Below are positions 9,541-19,805 of a DNA stretch of 45,082 bases, one piece after another. Made by a program: the position numbers and the translations under genes. Numbering within the stretch: position 1 is the first letter of the stretch; each line of letters begins with the position of its first letter. A model generated the notes under the pieces. It had not been told where the DNA came from. It made no database searches and saw nothing but the letters and a program-made list of their open reading frames with translations. The DNA is taken from the NCBI GenBank assembly GCA_028703035.1, contig JAQVNR010000002.1:1-45082 (forward strand), written 5' to 3'. Source of the stretch: Bacilli bacterium. GTDB lineage: Bacteria > Bacillota_I > Bacilli_A > RF39 > UBA660.

Positions 9541-10254
9541 TTATATTTTATAATCGTATAATTTCTTAACTTCTTTAATAGATAATTTTACATATTCTCC
9601 GCTTTTAATATTACCTGATTTTAAAAATCCATATTCAACTCTAGTTAATTTATCAACTAAATAACCCATTTCTAGAAATAGTTTTTTGATAATATGATTT
9701 CTACCTTCGATGATAGATATTTCTATCAATGATGTATCTTTATCATGGTTATTTTCTTTTATTTTAACTTTAGTTGGAATGCATTTTACTCCATCTATTA
9801 TAATACCTGATTTTAATTTATGAAAATCAGCAATAGCATAGCTTTTATTAAGTTTAGCAATATATTTTTTTTCTACTTTATTTTTAGGATGCATTAAAAT
9901 ATTAGCAAGATTACCATCATTAGTTAAAATAAGTAGTCCGGTTGTATCATAATCAAGTCTTCCAACTGGATATATTCTTTTATCAGTATCTATTAAATCA
10001 ACAACAGTCTTTCTTCCTTTATCATCAGAACTTGAAGTGATAACTCCTCTTGGTTTATTAAGAAGATAATAAACCTTATCTTCTTTTTTAAGAGTTATTC
10101 CTTTAATTGTAATATCATCACTTGCCGATGCTTTAGTCCCTAGCTTAGTAACTTTTTTACCATTAACATAAACAACACCAGATTTAATTAATTCTTCAGC
10201 TTTTCTTCTAGATGTATATCCAGATTCAGCAATAATTTTTTGTAAACGTTCCAT
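9541..10254 (-). CDS. rluB: Pseudouridine synthase, RluB/RsuA family (S4 domain plus catalytic domain)
   Basis: MERLQKIIAESGYTSRRKAEELI (S4 domain) and the GRLDYDTTGLL catalytic motif. I moved the start to the internal ATG 10254, which is preceded by GAGGG. The track start at 10335 would overlap spmB. Confidence 0.8.
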   Translation of the reverse strand: MERLQKIIAESGYTSRRKAEELIKSGVVYVNGKKVTKLGTKASASDDITIKGITLKKEDKVYYLLNKPRGVITSSSDDKGRKTVVDLIDTDKRIYPVGRLDYDTTGLLILTNDGNLANILMHPKNKVEKKYIAKLNKSYAIADFHKLKSGIIIDGVKCIPTKVKIKENNHDKDTSLIEISIIEGRNHIIKKLFLEMGYLVDKLTRVEYGFLKSGNIKSGEYVKLSIKEVKKLYDYKI

Positions 10255-10300
10255 ATCAATCCCTCTATTTAATTGTACTAAATTTTTAATATAAAATCTA

Positions 10301-10819
10301 TTAAAATAGTAAATATACAAGTAAAAAGGAAGCAATTATTCCACATAAATCAGAAAAGAGTCCAACTGATAAAGCATATCTATTTTTAGTAATACCAATA
10401 CTTCCGTAGTAAAGAGCAATTACATATAAAGTTGTATCTGATGATCCCTGAATAACACTAGCAAGTAAGCCCATTGTTGAATCAGGTCCATAAATATCAA
10501 ATATATTTACCATAATTGCTAGTGTACTGGTACCTGATATACTTCTTAAGAATGTCATTGGTAAAATATCTGCTGCTAAATTTATTTTATGAAGAAATGG
10601 TTCTAAAAATAAAAACATATCACTAATGATATTACTTTTAATTAAAATATTAATTGCAAAAATCATAGCAACTATATTAGGTATTATTTTAAAAGTGGTA
10701 ATTAATCCTTCTTTAGCACCTACTAAAAATTCATCATATATGTTTACTTTTTTTTTAAACCCATACATAATTATATATAATACTAAAAGTGGTAATAAAA
10801 TAAAACTAAGTGTTGTCAT
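10301..10819 (-). CDS. spmB: Spore maturation protein B
   Basis: Polytopic membrane protein following spmA. Start set at ATG 10819, 5 nt downstream of GGAGG (10824-10828 on the plus strand as cctcc). dacB-spmA-spmB order matches B. subtilis. Confidence 0.65.
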   Translation of the reverse strand: MTTLSFILLPLLVLYIIMYGFKKKVNIYDEFLVGAKEGLITTFKIIPNIVAMIFAINILIKSNIISDMFLFLEPFLHKINLAADILPMTFLRSISGTSTLAIMVNIFDIYGPDSTMGLLASVIQGSSDTTLYVIALYYGSIGITKNRYALSVGLFSDLCGIIASFLLVYLLF

Positions 10820-11390
10820 TTTTCCTCCTGATAAAATAATCAAGAGTAAGACCACCAATACCAGCAGATAAAGTTGCTATTATGCAGGCCGGAATAACAA
10901 TTGTTGGATTAAGGCTACCATAGGTAAGCCTTAAAGAAATAATTGTTGTCGGAATAATTGTAACACCACCAGTGTTTAAAACTAAGAATGTAATCATTGA
11001 GCTAGTTGCTCTTTTTTTATCAGGATTAAGTTCTTGAAGTTTAGCCATTGCTTTTAAACCAAAAGGAGTTGCAGCTGAGCCAAGGCCAGCCATATTAACG
11101 GCAATATTACTAGCGATATAACCTATTGATTCATGATTCTTTGGTATTTTAGGAAATAGTTTAGATAAAAGAGGCGTCATTAATTTAGCAATTTTTTTAA
11201 TTAAACCACTTGCTTCAGCTATTCTCATAAGACCCATCCATATAACAAGAAGTGGGGTCATATCTTTTATTAAATTAAAAGCGGTATTCCCACTTTCAAT
11301 TATTTCGTTATTAATAACTACTATATTACCAGTAATTAGGCCATAAATAATACCTATTATAATAAAGGCTCCCCAAATAATATTAACCAC
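10806..11390 (-). CDS. spmA: Spore maturation protein A
   Basis: 194 aa nucleoside-recognition-type membrane protein. Overlaps the dacB stop. Synteny supports the call. Confidence 0.65.
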   Translation of the reverse strand: MVNIIWGAFIIIGIIYGLITGNIVVINNEIIESGNTAFNLIKDMTPLLVIWMGLMRIAEASGLIKKIAKLMTPLLSKLFPKIPKNHESIGYIASNIAVNMAGLGSAATPFGLKAMAKLQELNPDKKRATSSMITFLVLNTGGVTIIPTTIISLRLTYGSLNPTIVIPACIIATLSAGIGGLTLDYFIRRKNDNT

Positions 11391-12435
11391 TTAATCCCAG
11401 CTTTCTAAAAAGTTTTTGAAAAAAATTTAATTTTTCGGGTTTTTGTTCTTCTAGATATATTTTTTCTGTTTGATAAACTTTTCCATTTAATTTAAGTTCG
11501 ACCTCACCGATAATATTGGTAATATTTTCATCATAATAATTAATAGTAATTTCTAGTTTTTTATATTCAGCTTTTGTTAAAGTCATTTTTAAATCGTTTT
11601 TAATAAATGTGTTATTATATTTAGTTTTTATATTTCCTTTTTTTACTATTGTATAATTCTTATAATCAGCAAAATATTTATTATATAAATTTTCATGATT
11701 TTGGAAGTCATTACTATCTTTAAATGTTACTATTGTTAAATTAATATTATCTTTTGAAGCATTAGTAACTAAAGTTCTTTTAGCAAGTTCAGTAAAACCT
11801 GTTTTACCACCAGTACAGTACTGATAAGTATTTAAAAGTCTATTTTTATTATTCCAAATATATGTTTTATAATTAGTTTTAACTATATGTTTTTTAGTAC
11901 TTGTTATCTTTTGATAAATTTTATTGTTAATAGCATAGCTTGATAATAGTCCCATATCATAAACACTAGATTTATTTCCATCTTTATTATTTTCTTCAAG
12001 TCCATGGTTATTTAAAAAGAAAGTGTTTTTCATATTAAGTGATTTTGCAGTATCATTCATAAGACTTGCAAAGCCCTCCATCGAACCACCAACATGATAA
12101 GCTAGCGCAATAGAGGCATCATTTCCGCTTCTAAGCATTAAACCATAAAGTAGATCTTCAACGCTTATTTTTTCACCTACTTCAATATAAATACCGCTAC
12201 CATAACTTTTTAAAACTTCATTTCCTATTTTTATTTCTTCTTTTAAACTCCCATTATTTATAACAACCATTGCGGTCATTATTTTAGTAGTTGAAGCAAT
12301 TAAATAAGGAGCATGAATATTATTTCCTTCTAATACTCTAATATTATCTGTATCCATGACAATATAAGCAGAGGCACTTATAGCATCAACTTTAATAGGT
12401 AAAATTAAAAGAAGTAACAGGATTATTTTTTTCAT
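11383..12435 (-). CDS. dacB: D-alanyl-D-alanine carboxypeptidase (sporulation PBP5*-like)
   Basis: Signal peptide plus SxxK (ASTTK), SxN (SGND) and KTG (KTGFT) motifs in the correct order. Confidence 0.8.
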   Translation of the reverse strand: MKKIILLLLLILPIKVDAISASAYIVMDTDNIRVLEGNNIHAPYLIASTTKIMTAMVVINNGSLKEEIKIGNEVLKSYGSGIYIEVGEKISVEDLLYGLMLRSGNDASIALAYHVGGSMEGFASLMNDTAKSLNMKNTFFLNNHGLEENNKDGNKSSVYDMGLLSSYAINNKIYQKITSTKKHIVKTNYKTYIWNNKNRLLNTYQYCTGGKTGFTELAKRTLVTNASKDNINLTIVTFKDSNDFQNHENLYNKYFADYKNYTIVKKGNIKTKYNNTFIKNDLKMTLTKAEYKKLEITINYYDENITNIIGEVELKLNGKVYQTEKIYLEEQKPEKLNFFQKLFRKLGLSG

Positions 12436-12492
12436 AAAATCACATTTAATATTATGTATAAACTTTAAAAAAATGAAATTTAGAATTAATAG

Positions 12493-13091
12493 TTACTTAA
12501 ATTTAGTTATTTGACTTAATCTTATTTCTAATTCATTAAAATCATCATTAGAACAAGTTTCAAAAGTTTTATTCAACAGTTCTTCTGATAAATTTAATTT
12601 ATTAATAATTTCCTTGCTTTTGTTTTTGGTTAAATTATAACCCCTAAGACTATAAAACTTTATTAAAGTTATTAAAACAGATTTTACTCTTGGTTGAGAT
12701 TAAAACTACTAGGAAAAATTTCTAAATACTTTGTAGTCTGAAAAAAACAATTTGTTAGAATAGACAGTTTATTGTTCTGTTTCTTTAAGATTCCATCCAC
12801 ATATTTATTTCCTACTATCATATATAACTCATTAAATTCACACTTTAACAATTTATTTATAAAAGGTTCAATAATCCTATATGGTAATGATGTAATAATT
12901 TTATCACATTTGGGAATATAGCAATTAAGGACATTGCCAAAAACCAATTCAGTATTTTTATGTTGCCTTGCTATTTCTTCAAGTTGAGTTGTTAATCTTT
13001 GATCAAGCTCTATACAAGTTACTTTCTTTGCTTTTTGGGCAATTAAATTAGTTAAAATGCCTAAACAAAGCAAATACTGCAACAATTTCAT
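12493..13091 (-). pseudogene. Decayed rRNA adenine dimethyltransferase-family gene (KsgA/Erm-like)
   Basis: The 135-aa ORF carries GILTNLIAQKAKKVTCIELD, ITSLPYRIIEPFINKLL and LEIFPSSF. The expected continuation (PRVKSVLITL...ITKFK*) is in another reading frame from about 12690 to the stop at 12493-12495. The SAM motif I is degenerate and N-terminally cut. A short GNAT-like N-terminal fragment (...NLYLLTNKDEIVAVFALF) lies just upstream at 13048-13213. Confidence 0.5.
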
Positions 13092-13213
13092 CTTTATTTG
13101 TTAACAAGTAAAGATTTTTTTCTTCTATATCCTCTTTAAACATTTCATAAGGATAATACTCATTCCAAATATTAATATTATCAGCATTCGTCTTTGCAAT
13201 AATTTTGTGATAC

Positions 13214-13972
13214 TTATATTTTATTAAATAAAGTGTTAATAAATTCAAAGAGTAAATTCCAACTACAAAAACATAAAAATAAACTAGTTGCCAAAAACGG
13301 TCCAAAAGGTAGCGTTCCATCACTGTTTTTAATTGAGATATATACTGCATAGGGAAAAGCTAAAAAAGCAGCAATTATTATGTAAAATATACCAATTGGA
13401 ATACCTAAAACCATTCCAGCAATAAATGATAACTTTATATCTCCACCGCCTAAAGACTCTTTTTTAAATAAGAAGTTTCCTAAAAGCATTAATAAATACA
13501 TCATTAAAAATATTACTAAACCATTTCCTAAACTTTGTAAAGAATATATTAAACCTTTATAAATAATATTAACTAATAAAATTAGTACCCCACTTGCTAC
13601 TAGCATTTCATCTAAAATAATCATATGTTTAGTATCTGTTATAAGTATTAAGACTACCAAACTAGATAAAATTATTGCTAAATAAAAATCATACCCTATT
13701 CCAAATAAGTTATAGCTAATTAAGAAAAGTATCCCAGTTAAAAGCTCCATAGATGGGTACATAAAAGATATTTTTTGATGACAATTTTTGCATTTGCCTC
13801 TTAAGAAAAGATAAGAAATAACAGGGATATTTTCATACCATACTAAAGTATGATTACATTTAAGGCAATGACTACGAGGAAAGAGTATTGATTCTTTTCT
13901 TAAAAGTCTGATTCCGACTACATTATAAAAAGATCCTAGTAAAAGACCTAGTATAAATATAAATACTCCCAT
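13214..13972 (-). CDS. pilD: Prepilin (type IV leader) peptidase/N-methyltransferase, A24 family
   Basis: CLKCNH...CKNCH zinc-binding pairs, a polytopic body and the catalytic GGGDIKL motif. Confidence 0.8.
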   Translation of the reverse strand: MGVFIFILGLLLGSFYNVVGIRLLRKESILFPRSHCLKCNHTLVWYENIPVISYLFLRGKCKNCHQKISFMYPSMELLTGILFLISYNLFGIGYDFYLAIILSSLVVLILITDTKHMIILDEMLVASGVLILLVNIIYKGLIYSLQSLGNGLVIFLMMYLLMLLGNFLFKKESLGGGDIKLSFIAGMVLGIPIGIFYIIIAAFLAFPYAVYISIKNSDGTLPFGPFLATSLFLCFCSWNLLFEFINTLFNKI

Positions 13973-13981
13973 AATACCTCC

Positions 13982-15595
13982 CTATTTTATTTTAGAATAT
14001 AATTCAAACATTGGTAATATTACTGCCATAACAATTCCTCCAACAACGACAGCTAAAAATATTATCATTGCCGGTTCAATAAAACTTTTCATACTATTAA
14101 TAATACTCTTATGACTCCCTTGATAATAACTAGCAACTCTAGCCATCATGTCTGCAAGTTCTCCAGTTGATTCTCCTGTAACTATCATGTAATATGCTAC
14201 ATCTGGGACAGCCCAGTGATTTTTAAATGAATCACTAATTTTATCACCCTTAGCAATATTATCTATTGTCTTAATCATTATTTCTTTATATATTTCATTA
14301 TTAGTAATATTAGTAAGTAAACTAATACTTTCAGTTATAAATACTTGACTTTTTAAAAGTGAAGAGAATGTTTTAGCAAAAATACTCATCTCTTTATATA
14401 TAATAATCTTACCAATTAAAGGTAATTTCATTAAAACTTTTTGCAACATATATCTAAAAGCTTTAATTTTTTTATAAAAAATCATTATAATTACACTAAA
14501 AATAAACATAATTAATAATATATAAGTTATATTAGAAGTTAAAAAATCACTTGAATTAATAATTAATAAAGTAAATGGATTAATTTCAGCACCAGCTGAT
14601 TCATAAACTCCTTCAAACTTTGGAATAACAAAAATTAAGATAAAAACAACAACTGCTATTGAAAACACCATTATTATTGTAGGATAACTCATCGCACTAA
14701 TCATTTGTTTTCTAGTTTGTTCTACTTCTTCATAATAATTAGCCATTTCATCTAAAGTTTCCTCAAGTTCACCTGTTGCCTCTGCTGCTCTAATCATATT
14801 AATTAAAAGCTGAGGAAAAACATTATGTTGTTTTTCTAGAGCCGAAGAAAAAGCTTCACCTAGAGTTAGATTATAAATAATTGAATCAAAAATCCTTTTC
14901 TTACTAGCCTCTTTACTCATCTGTTTACTTAGAATTCGCATTGAATCCGTTAAAGGAATACCTGACTTAATATAAGTAGATAATTGAGTAAGCCAAAATA
15001 TTAAATCTTTATTTTTAAATTTACCGGAATTAAAAGATGTCGGTCCATATAAAAATTCAATCATTTTGGAAGTTTCTATTTTTAATACTCGATAGTTTTC
15101 ATTTTCTAAATAAGTATAAACTTCTACTTTAGAATAGGCAATAAAGGTATTAACTTCTTTTTTTCCATCGCTATTAATCGCAGTATATCTATATGTAAGC
15201 GGTTTATCACTTCTACTTACATCATCTTGAAGTGAGCTAATTAAAAAAGTTCTTTCTCTTTCTTCTTTTTCTTTTTTCTTTTTAACAAAAAATAAATTAT
15301 TATAAAAATTAGTGAATTTTGATTCCTTTGGTGGTAGCTTTTCTTCAACCTCTTCATCTTGCTCTTCATCAATTTTTAAACTTACTGATTCATTAGGGGC
15401 AATATCTTCAATATTAAGTTTTCTATTTTCCTGTTTTTGATATATTTTAAATATATTATCACCTATAATTTTAAAGAATATTCTAAAAGGAGATATTATA
15501 CCATATGAAACATAGTAACAACCTAAAAAGAAATACATTAATATTAAAAAAGGAAGCTTTAAAATAGTTATAAAGATTTTGTTTATTTTCTTCAT
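13982..15595 (-). CDS. pilC: Type II secretion/type IV pilus platform protein (GspF/PilC family) with N-terminal extension
   Basis: The C-terminal ~350 aa have the duplicated GspF architecture (...AAEATGELEETLDEMANYY... and ...TGESTGELADMMARVASYY...). The first ~180 aa are an extra TM segment plus a charged region. Confidence 0.75.
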   Translation of the reverse strand: MKKINKIFITILKLPFLILMYFFLGCYYVSYGIISPFRIFFKIIGDNIFKIYQKQENRKLNIEDIAPNESVSLKIDEEQDEEVEEKLPPKESKFTNFYNNLFFVKKKKEKEERERTFLISSLQDDVSRSDKPLTYRYTAINSDGKKEVNTFIAYSKVEVYTYLENENYRVLKIETSKMIEFLYGPTSFNSGKFKNKDLIFWLTQLSTYIKSGIPLTDSMRILSKQMSKEASKKRIFDSIIYNLTLGEAFSSALEKQHNVFPQLLINMIRAAEATGELEETLDEMANYYEEVEQTRKQMISAMSYPTIIMVFSIAVVVFILIFVIPKFEGVYESAGAEINPFTLLIINSSDFLTSNITYILLIMFIFSVIIMIFYKKIKAFRYMLQKVLMKLPLIGKIIIYKEMSIFAKTFSSLLKSQVFITESISLLTNITNNEIYKEIMIKTIDNIAKGDKISDSFKNHWAVPDVAYYMIVTGESTGELADMMARVASYYQGSHKSIINSMKSFIEPAMIIFLAVVVGGIVMAVILPMFELYSKIK

Positions 15596-15703
15596 TTAGC
15601 TTCCCTCTTTCGTATTCTAAAATAATTGTATCAAAATCCTAGTCTAAAGTCTAGAACTTCTAATAACCAGATTTTGTAAAAATAATGGGCCTAAATATTT
15701 CAA

Positions 15704-16020
15704 TTATAAATCGCTGTTTATAAATTCTTCATAACTGCCTATTTCTTTAAAGGTCAAATAATACTCGCCATCTCTTTTTTTAAATAAAACGGAATCAATT
15801 CCTACTCACTGTCGTAGTACTTTATGTAATGCTCGCCATGCTCTAAGACCCCGGGGGAACCTACTATGAAGAGTATCGACTTCCGCTTATCGTATTAACG
15901 AGGCTCAATTACTTCACACTTTCGTATTACGGCTCGCATTCTTTCTTGCCTATGCTTAAACCTTATCTCACGACTTCGGCTCCAAGGCTAGATACTGACG
16001 TTTGGCTACTCTTTTGCTTT
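15704..16020 (-). pseudogene. ORF-free, locally GC-richer segment with broken reading frames (unidentified gene remnant)
   Basis: No ORF of 60 aa or more on either strand. The minus strand reads ...GIDSVLFKKRDGEYYLTFKEIGSYEEFINSDL* to a stop at 15704-15706. Upstream coding-like pieces sit in other frames. Identity unknown. Confidence 0.3.
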
Positions 16021-16045
16021 TTTTATTTGATCTAAATTTTTCATG

Positions 16046-17062
16046 TTATACCTTAATTATTTCTTCGTTCAATTTATACTTTCTTCCCTTGTTCTCACCA
16101 ATAGGAATTAATACATTTAATTTCATAAACTTGCCAAAATATTTTCTTATATTTACTTTACTTTTATTTAAAAGAGTAACTGCTGCATCAGAATCTATAA
16201 ACTCATTTTTACTAAAATGAATAACTAAAGCACTTAGTACTTCTTTTTCAGTTTTAGTTAGTTCTTTTAAATATTCTTCTTTAATCTTAATTAACGAATT
16301 ATTTGTATCAAACTTTTCTATAGTTTGAAGTATCATATCTAACATAAATTCTATAAATACTGTTGAACTAGCATCTTTTTCTGCTTTACTTAATGCATCA
16401 TAATATGCTTTTTGATTTTCATATACTAATGTTTCGATTGGTAAATATTCAAATATATTATTATACTTACAAAGAATTAATGATTGCCATAGCCTTCCTA
16501 TTCTTCCATTACCATCATTAAATGGGTGAATGAATTCTATTTCAAAGTGAATAACTGATGATTTAATTAATGGATTTAAATCACTATCTTTAGCCCAATT
16601 AAATAAGTCTTCTATTAGTTTTGGAACATATTCTGGTCTTGCTCCCATATGGATTACTTCTTTTCCATTAAATACTCCAACATCACCACTTCTAAACTTA
16701 CCACTTTCACTTATTAAATCAGTTGTTAAAACTTTATGAGCATTTAAAAATGATTCTATTTTATATGGGTCATAATTGATAATATTCGTATATGCTTCAT
16801 AAGCATTCTTAACTTCATTAATTTCATTTTGAGGAGCTAAAACTGTTTTACCATTTATAATACTAATAACTTCTTCTTCACTTAAACTATTAGCTTCAAT
16901 AGCGCATGATGAATTAACTGATTTAATCTTACTCGACTTTCTTAAAAATAAATCTTTTTTTCGATCAACATTTATTTCTAAACGAGTTAGTTTTTCAGTT
17001 ATAGTTGTTACTAAATTTAAAATGTTCTCATTTATTTCAAATGGTGGTTTATTCATAATCAT
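16046..17062 (-). CDS. Fic-family protein (AMPylase-type) with C-terminal winged-helix-like region
   Basis: Canonical Fic motif HPFNDGNGRIGR (HxFx[D/E]GNGRxxR). Confidence 0.85.
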   Translation of the reverse strand: MIMNKPPFEINENILNLVTTITEKLTRLEINVDRKKDLFLRKSSKIKSVNSSCAIEANSLSEEEVISIINGKTVLAPQNEINEVKNAYEAYTNIINYDPYKIESFLNAHKVLTTDLISESGKFRSGDVGVFNGKEVIHMGARPEYVPKLIEDLFNWAKDSDLNPLIKSSVIHFEIEFIHPFNDGNGRIGRLWQSLILCKYNNIFEYLPIETLVYENQKAYYDALSKAEKDASSTVFIEFMLDMILQTIEKFDTNNSLIKIKEEYLKELTKTEKEVLSALVIHFSKNEFIDSDAAVTLLNKSKVNIRKYFGKFMKLNVLIPIGENKGRKYKLNEEIIKV

Positions 17063-17252
17063 CTAATCCTTTCAAGCTATAAGTATTATACTACCTATCA
17101 AATAAAGTATCAATATAAGTATCGATAAAAGTATTGAAATTTTTAACTTGAATTGCATTTTTTTTAATTATGTCTTGACAATCATCACTAATTTTTAATA
17201 TAAGCTTTAGTTTCATAGTAAATCAGTATATAATATTTATAAAGGAGTAACG

Positions 17253-17440
17253 ATTATAGAAATTAAAAATATTGATAATTATTTTTCTTATGAGATATTA
17301 AGAAGAGGCTACGATTATTTAAAAAGGGAAAAGTCATTAGTATTAATAAACTCGAAAATACTTATGTTGCAAAAGTTAAAGGTACTGAAAATTATGAAGT
17401 CATAATAAATCTTGATACTAATATTGTACATAATCTTTAT
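17253..17440 (+). pseudogene. Frameshifted N-terminal fragment of a SWIM-type protein
   Basis: IEIKNIDNYFSYEILRRGYDYLKxGKVISI..NTYVAKVKGTENYEVIINLD is readable only across a +1 shift. The zinc-finger part is missing. Confidence 0.35.
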
Positions 17441-17557
17441 TCCTTCCTTAAAACCCAACTTTGTCTCTTACAAATCTATCATTATCTATAACTTTTGAAG
17501 TTATAGATTTCTTTTAATTCTTCTATTATCTCGTAAACTACTGGACATACTTCAGCA

Positions 17558-17767
17558 TTACTTATTAGGAATACATTTAGCTGTATATTCTCCATATTTT
17601 TTTGTTAAATATTTACTAATTAATTCTTCATTAGATATTTTTAAACAACTTGCTATTTTATCTAATTCATCTTCAGTTATAATGCAGTTAAGTTCTTTAC
17701 AACAATTCCTACATTTTGAGCATTCATCAATTGCCATTCCCATATCATAATATTTATAATAACTCAA
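17558..17767 (-). CDS. Small Cys-cluster protein, YkgJ-like (possibly truncated)
   Basis: CSKCRNCC matches the CxxCxxCC signature of the YkgJ/UPF0153 family. At 69 aa it is shorter than typical members. Confidence 0.35.
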   Translation of the reverse strand: MSYYKYYDMGMAIDECSKCRNCCKELNCIITEDELDKIASCLKISNEELISKYLTKKYGEYTAKCIPNK

Positions 17768-18094
17768 ACAAAATAAGACGAAATAAATGAGTCATTAAAA
17801 TTCATTTTCTATCTTGGTTAAAACAGTGCCACCAACTCATTTCCTTTATAGTATCAGTAATATATTCTATATCTCTTGGTGAATAAGAGAAATCTCTTAT
17901 ATATCTTTCATAATCTCCAATCATTATAATATCAATCATATCTTTATCATATAGTTCTTTTTCTTGATCTTTAAATTCAAATAAATTTGCTTCAGAAATA
18001 AAATTAGCAATATCAGTCGCAAAATGTTTTTTTTATAAATATTTATCTATTCAACCTATTTATATTTACACATATAATTAAATAGGTGGTTCTT

Positions 18095-18337
18095 ATGAAT
18101 AATGCTAGTAATTTTTCTTTTATAGGTATTTTATCTGGTCTTAATAAAACCTTAGGTGTTGCTAAAGAGGTAATACCTTTAATTCAGCAAACAAAACCGC
18201 TTATTAATAACGTCAGAACTGCGTATTCTTTAATTAAAGATGTTAACTTGCAAAAGACTTTGCCGGAAGTAATACCTAAAAAAGAAGTTGAAAAAACTAT
18301 TGTTAAATCAAGCAATAGTCCTCAGTTCTTTGTATAA
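18095..18337 (+). CDS. Small VrrA/YqfQ-like protein
   Basis: ATG 18095 follows AGGTGG. The segment LNKTLGVAKEVIPLIQQTKPLINNVRTAYSLIKD resembles the conserved C-terminal part of B. subtilis YqfQ as I recall it. Confidence 0.4.
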   Translation: MNNASNFSFIGILSGLNKTLGVAKEVIPLIQQTKPLINNVRTAYSLIKDVNLQKTLPEVIPKKEVEKTIVKSSNSPQFFV

Positions 18338-19677
18338 AACTCTACTAAATTTAAAAATTCTCTTTTTCGGAAGTTTAGTTCTGTTTCAGTTTTAGCCTCA
18401 AATCTTAAAGTAATATAAGAACTAGTATTACTTCCTCTTATAAGAGCAAAGCCATCTTCATAATTAACTCTTACTCCATCAATTGTTAAAACATCACTAT
18501 ACTTATTAAGCGCATATTCTTTTATTTTATCAACTATTAACCACTTATCTTCTTCAGTAGTATTAACTTTTATTTCTGGAGTACTATAATATTTTTCAAA
18601 ATGTTCATATAAATCAGAGCATTTTTTATTTGTTTCATTTAAGATGTTAAGTAGTCTAATACTTGCATATATTCCATCATCATAACCATCAAAGTCATCT
18701 CTGAAAAAAACATGACCAGAGTACTCTCCTCCAAGAAAAGCATTTCTATTGATCATTTCATTCTCAATATAGGCAGAGCCATTTTTAATCATAATAGCTT
18801 CGCCACCTATTTTATTTATTTCCTTAGCAAGACCTTTAGAACACTTTACATCAATTAAGACTTTTTTATTTTCAAGTTTGGGTATAATATTATCAGCATA
18901 TATACCAATTAATGTATCTGTTGAAACAATACTTCCATTGTTATCAATAACTCCTAAACGATCTCCGTCCCCATCAAAAGCAAGACCTAAATCCGCTTTT
19001 TTTTCTTTAACAACTTTAATAAGTTCTTCTAAGTTCACGGGATCATTTGGATCTGGATTATGGACTGGAAATGTACCATCACTTTCACTATTTAAATAAA
19101 CAACATTATTAAATAACCGATTAAAGATATCTTTAATAACAATTGATGGAGTCCCACTACCTGCATCAATAACAATGTTTAAATTAGAATTTACTTTAGC
19201 TTTATTTATTAACATATTAATATATTCTTTTTGTAAATTATTAAAATTTTTGGCACCCAATCCTTCACTATACTCACCCTTTTTTATTAAATCATAAAAA
19301 ATATTAAGCTCATTATGTTCAAGATGAGAAAAATTTTTACCAAATATTTTAAATCCATTGTGATTTGGCGGATTATGACTTGCAGTAATCATAATGCCAT
19401 ATGTTACATTTAAGTACCTAGCTGAGAAGTTAAACATTGGCGTAGTACAAAGTCCAATATCAACAACATTAATACCAGTACTAATTATCCCTTCAATAAG
19501 TTTTTGATTAAGTGATAAACTACTTAATCGATTATCATGACCAATTAAACAGGTAGCTTCCTCTTTGTTTAAAATATAAGTTCCGAAAGCTTTTCCAATA
19601 ATAATACTTAAGTCTTCATTTATTTGATTAGGATATTCTCCTCTAATATCATTTTCTCTTAAAACTGTATAATCCAT
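18322..19677 (-). CDS. Phosphomannomutase/phosphoglucomutase-family phosphohexomutase
   Basis: Active-site TASHNP, Mg-binding FDGDGDR and sugar-binding GGEYSGH. The N-terminus LRENDIRG is PMM/PGM-like rather than GlmM-like. Confidence 0.75.
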   Translation of the reverse strand: MDYTVLRENDIRGEYPNQINEDLSIIIGKAFGTYILNKEEATCLIGHDNRLSSLSLNQKLIEGIISTGINVVDIGLCTTPMFNFSARYLNVTYGIMITASHNPPNHNGFKIFGKNFSHLEHNELNIFYDLIKKGEYSEGLGAKNFNNLQKEYINMLINKAKVNSNLNIVIDAGSGTPSIVIKDIFNRLFNNVVYLNSESDGTFPVHNPDPNDPVNLEELIKVVKEKKADLGLAFDGDGDRLGVIDNNGSIVSTDTLIGIYADNIIPKLENKKVLIDVKCSKGLAKEINKIGGEAIMIKNGSAYIENEMINRNAFLGGEYSGHVFFRDDFDGYDDGIYASIRLLNILNETNKKCSDLYEHFEKYYSTPEIKVNTTEEDKWLIVDKIKEYALNKYSDVLTIDGVRVNYEDGFALIRGSNTSSYITLRFEAKTETELNFRKREFLNLVEFYTKN

Positions 19678-19805
19678 TAATCATCACCTTATAATCATTA
19701 TATAACATTAAACTATTAATTAATGTTTATTTTAGAAGTTATTTTAAACTTTACATTTTAATCATTTTTTTAAGGCTTTATAATACTATTAATTATGGTG
19801 AGATA

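Noticed and set aside
13048-13350. 100-aa minus-strand ORF
   Set aside because: Its 5' half overlaps the prepilin peptidase gene out of frame. Only the last ~55 codons (13048-13213) look coding, as a GNAT-like scrap without a start codon.
18322-19677. Calling the phosphohexomutase glmM because of proximity to cdaA-cdaR
   Set aside because: It is separated from cdaR by gpmI and a pilin gene. Its N-terminus (LRENDIRG) lacks the GlmM FGTDGxRG signature, so only the family-level call is kept.
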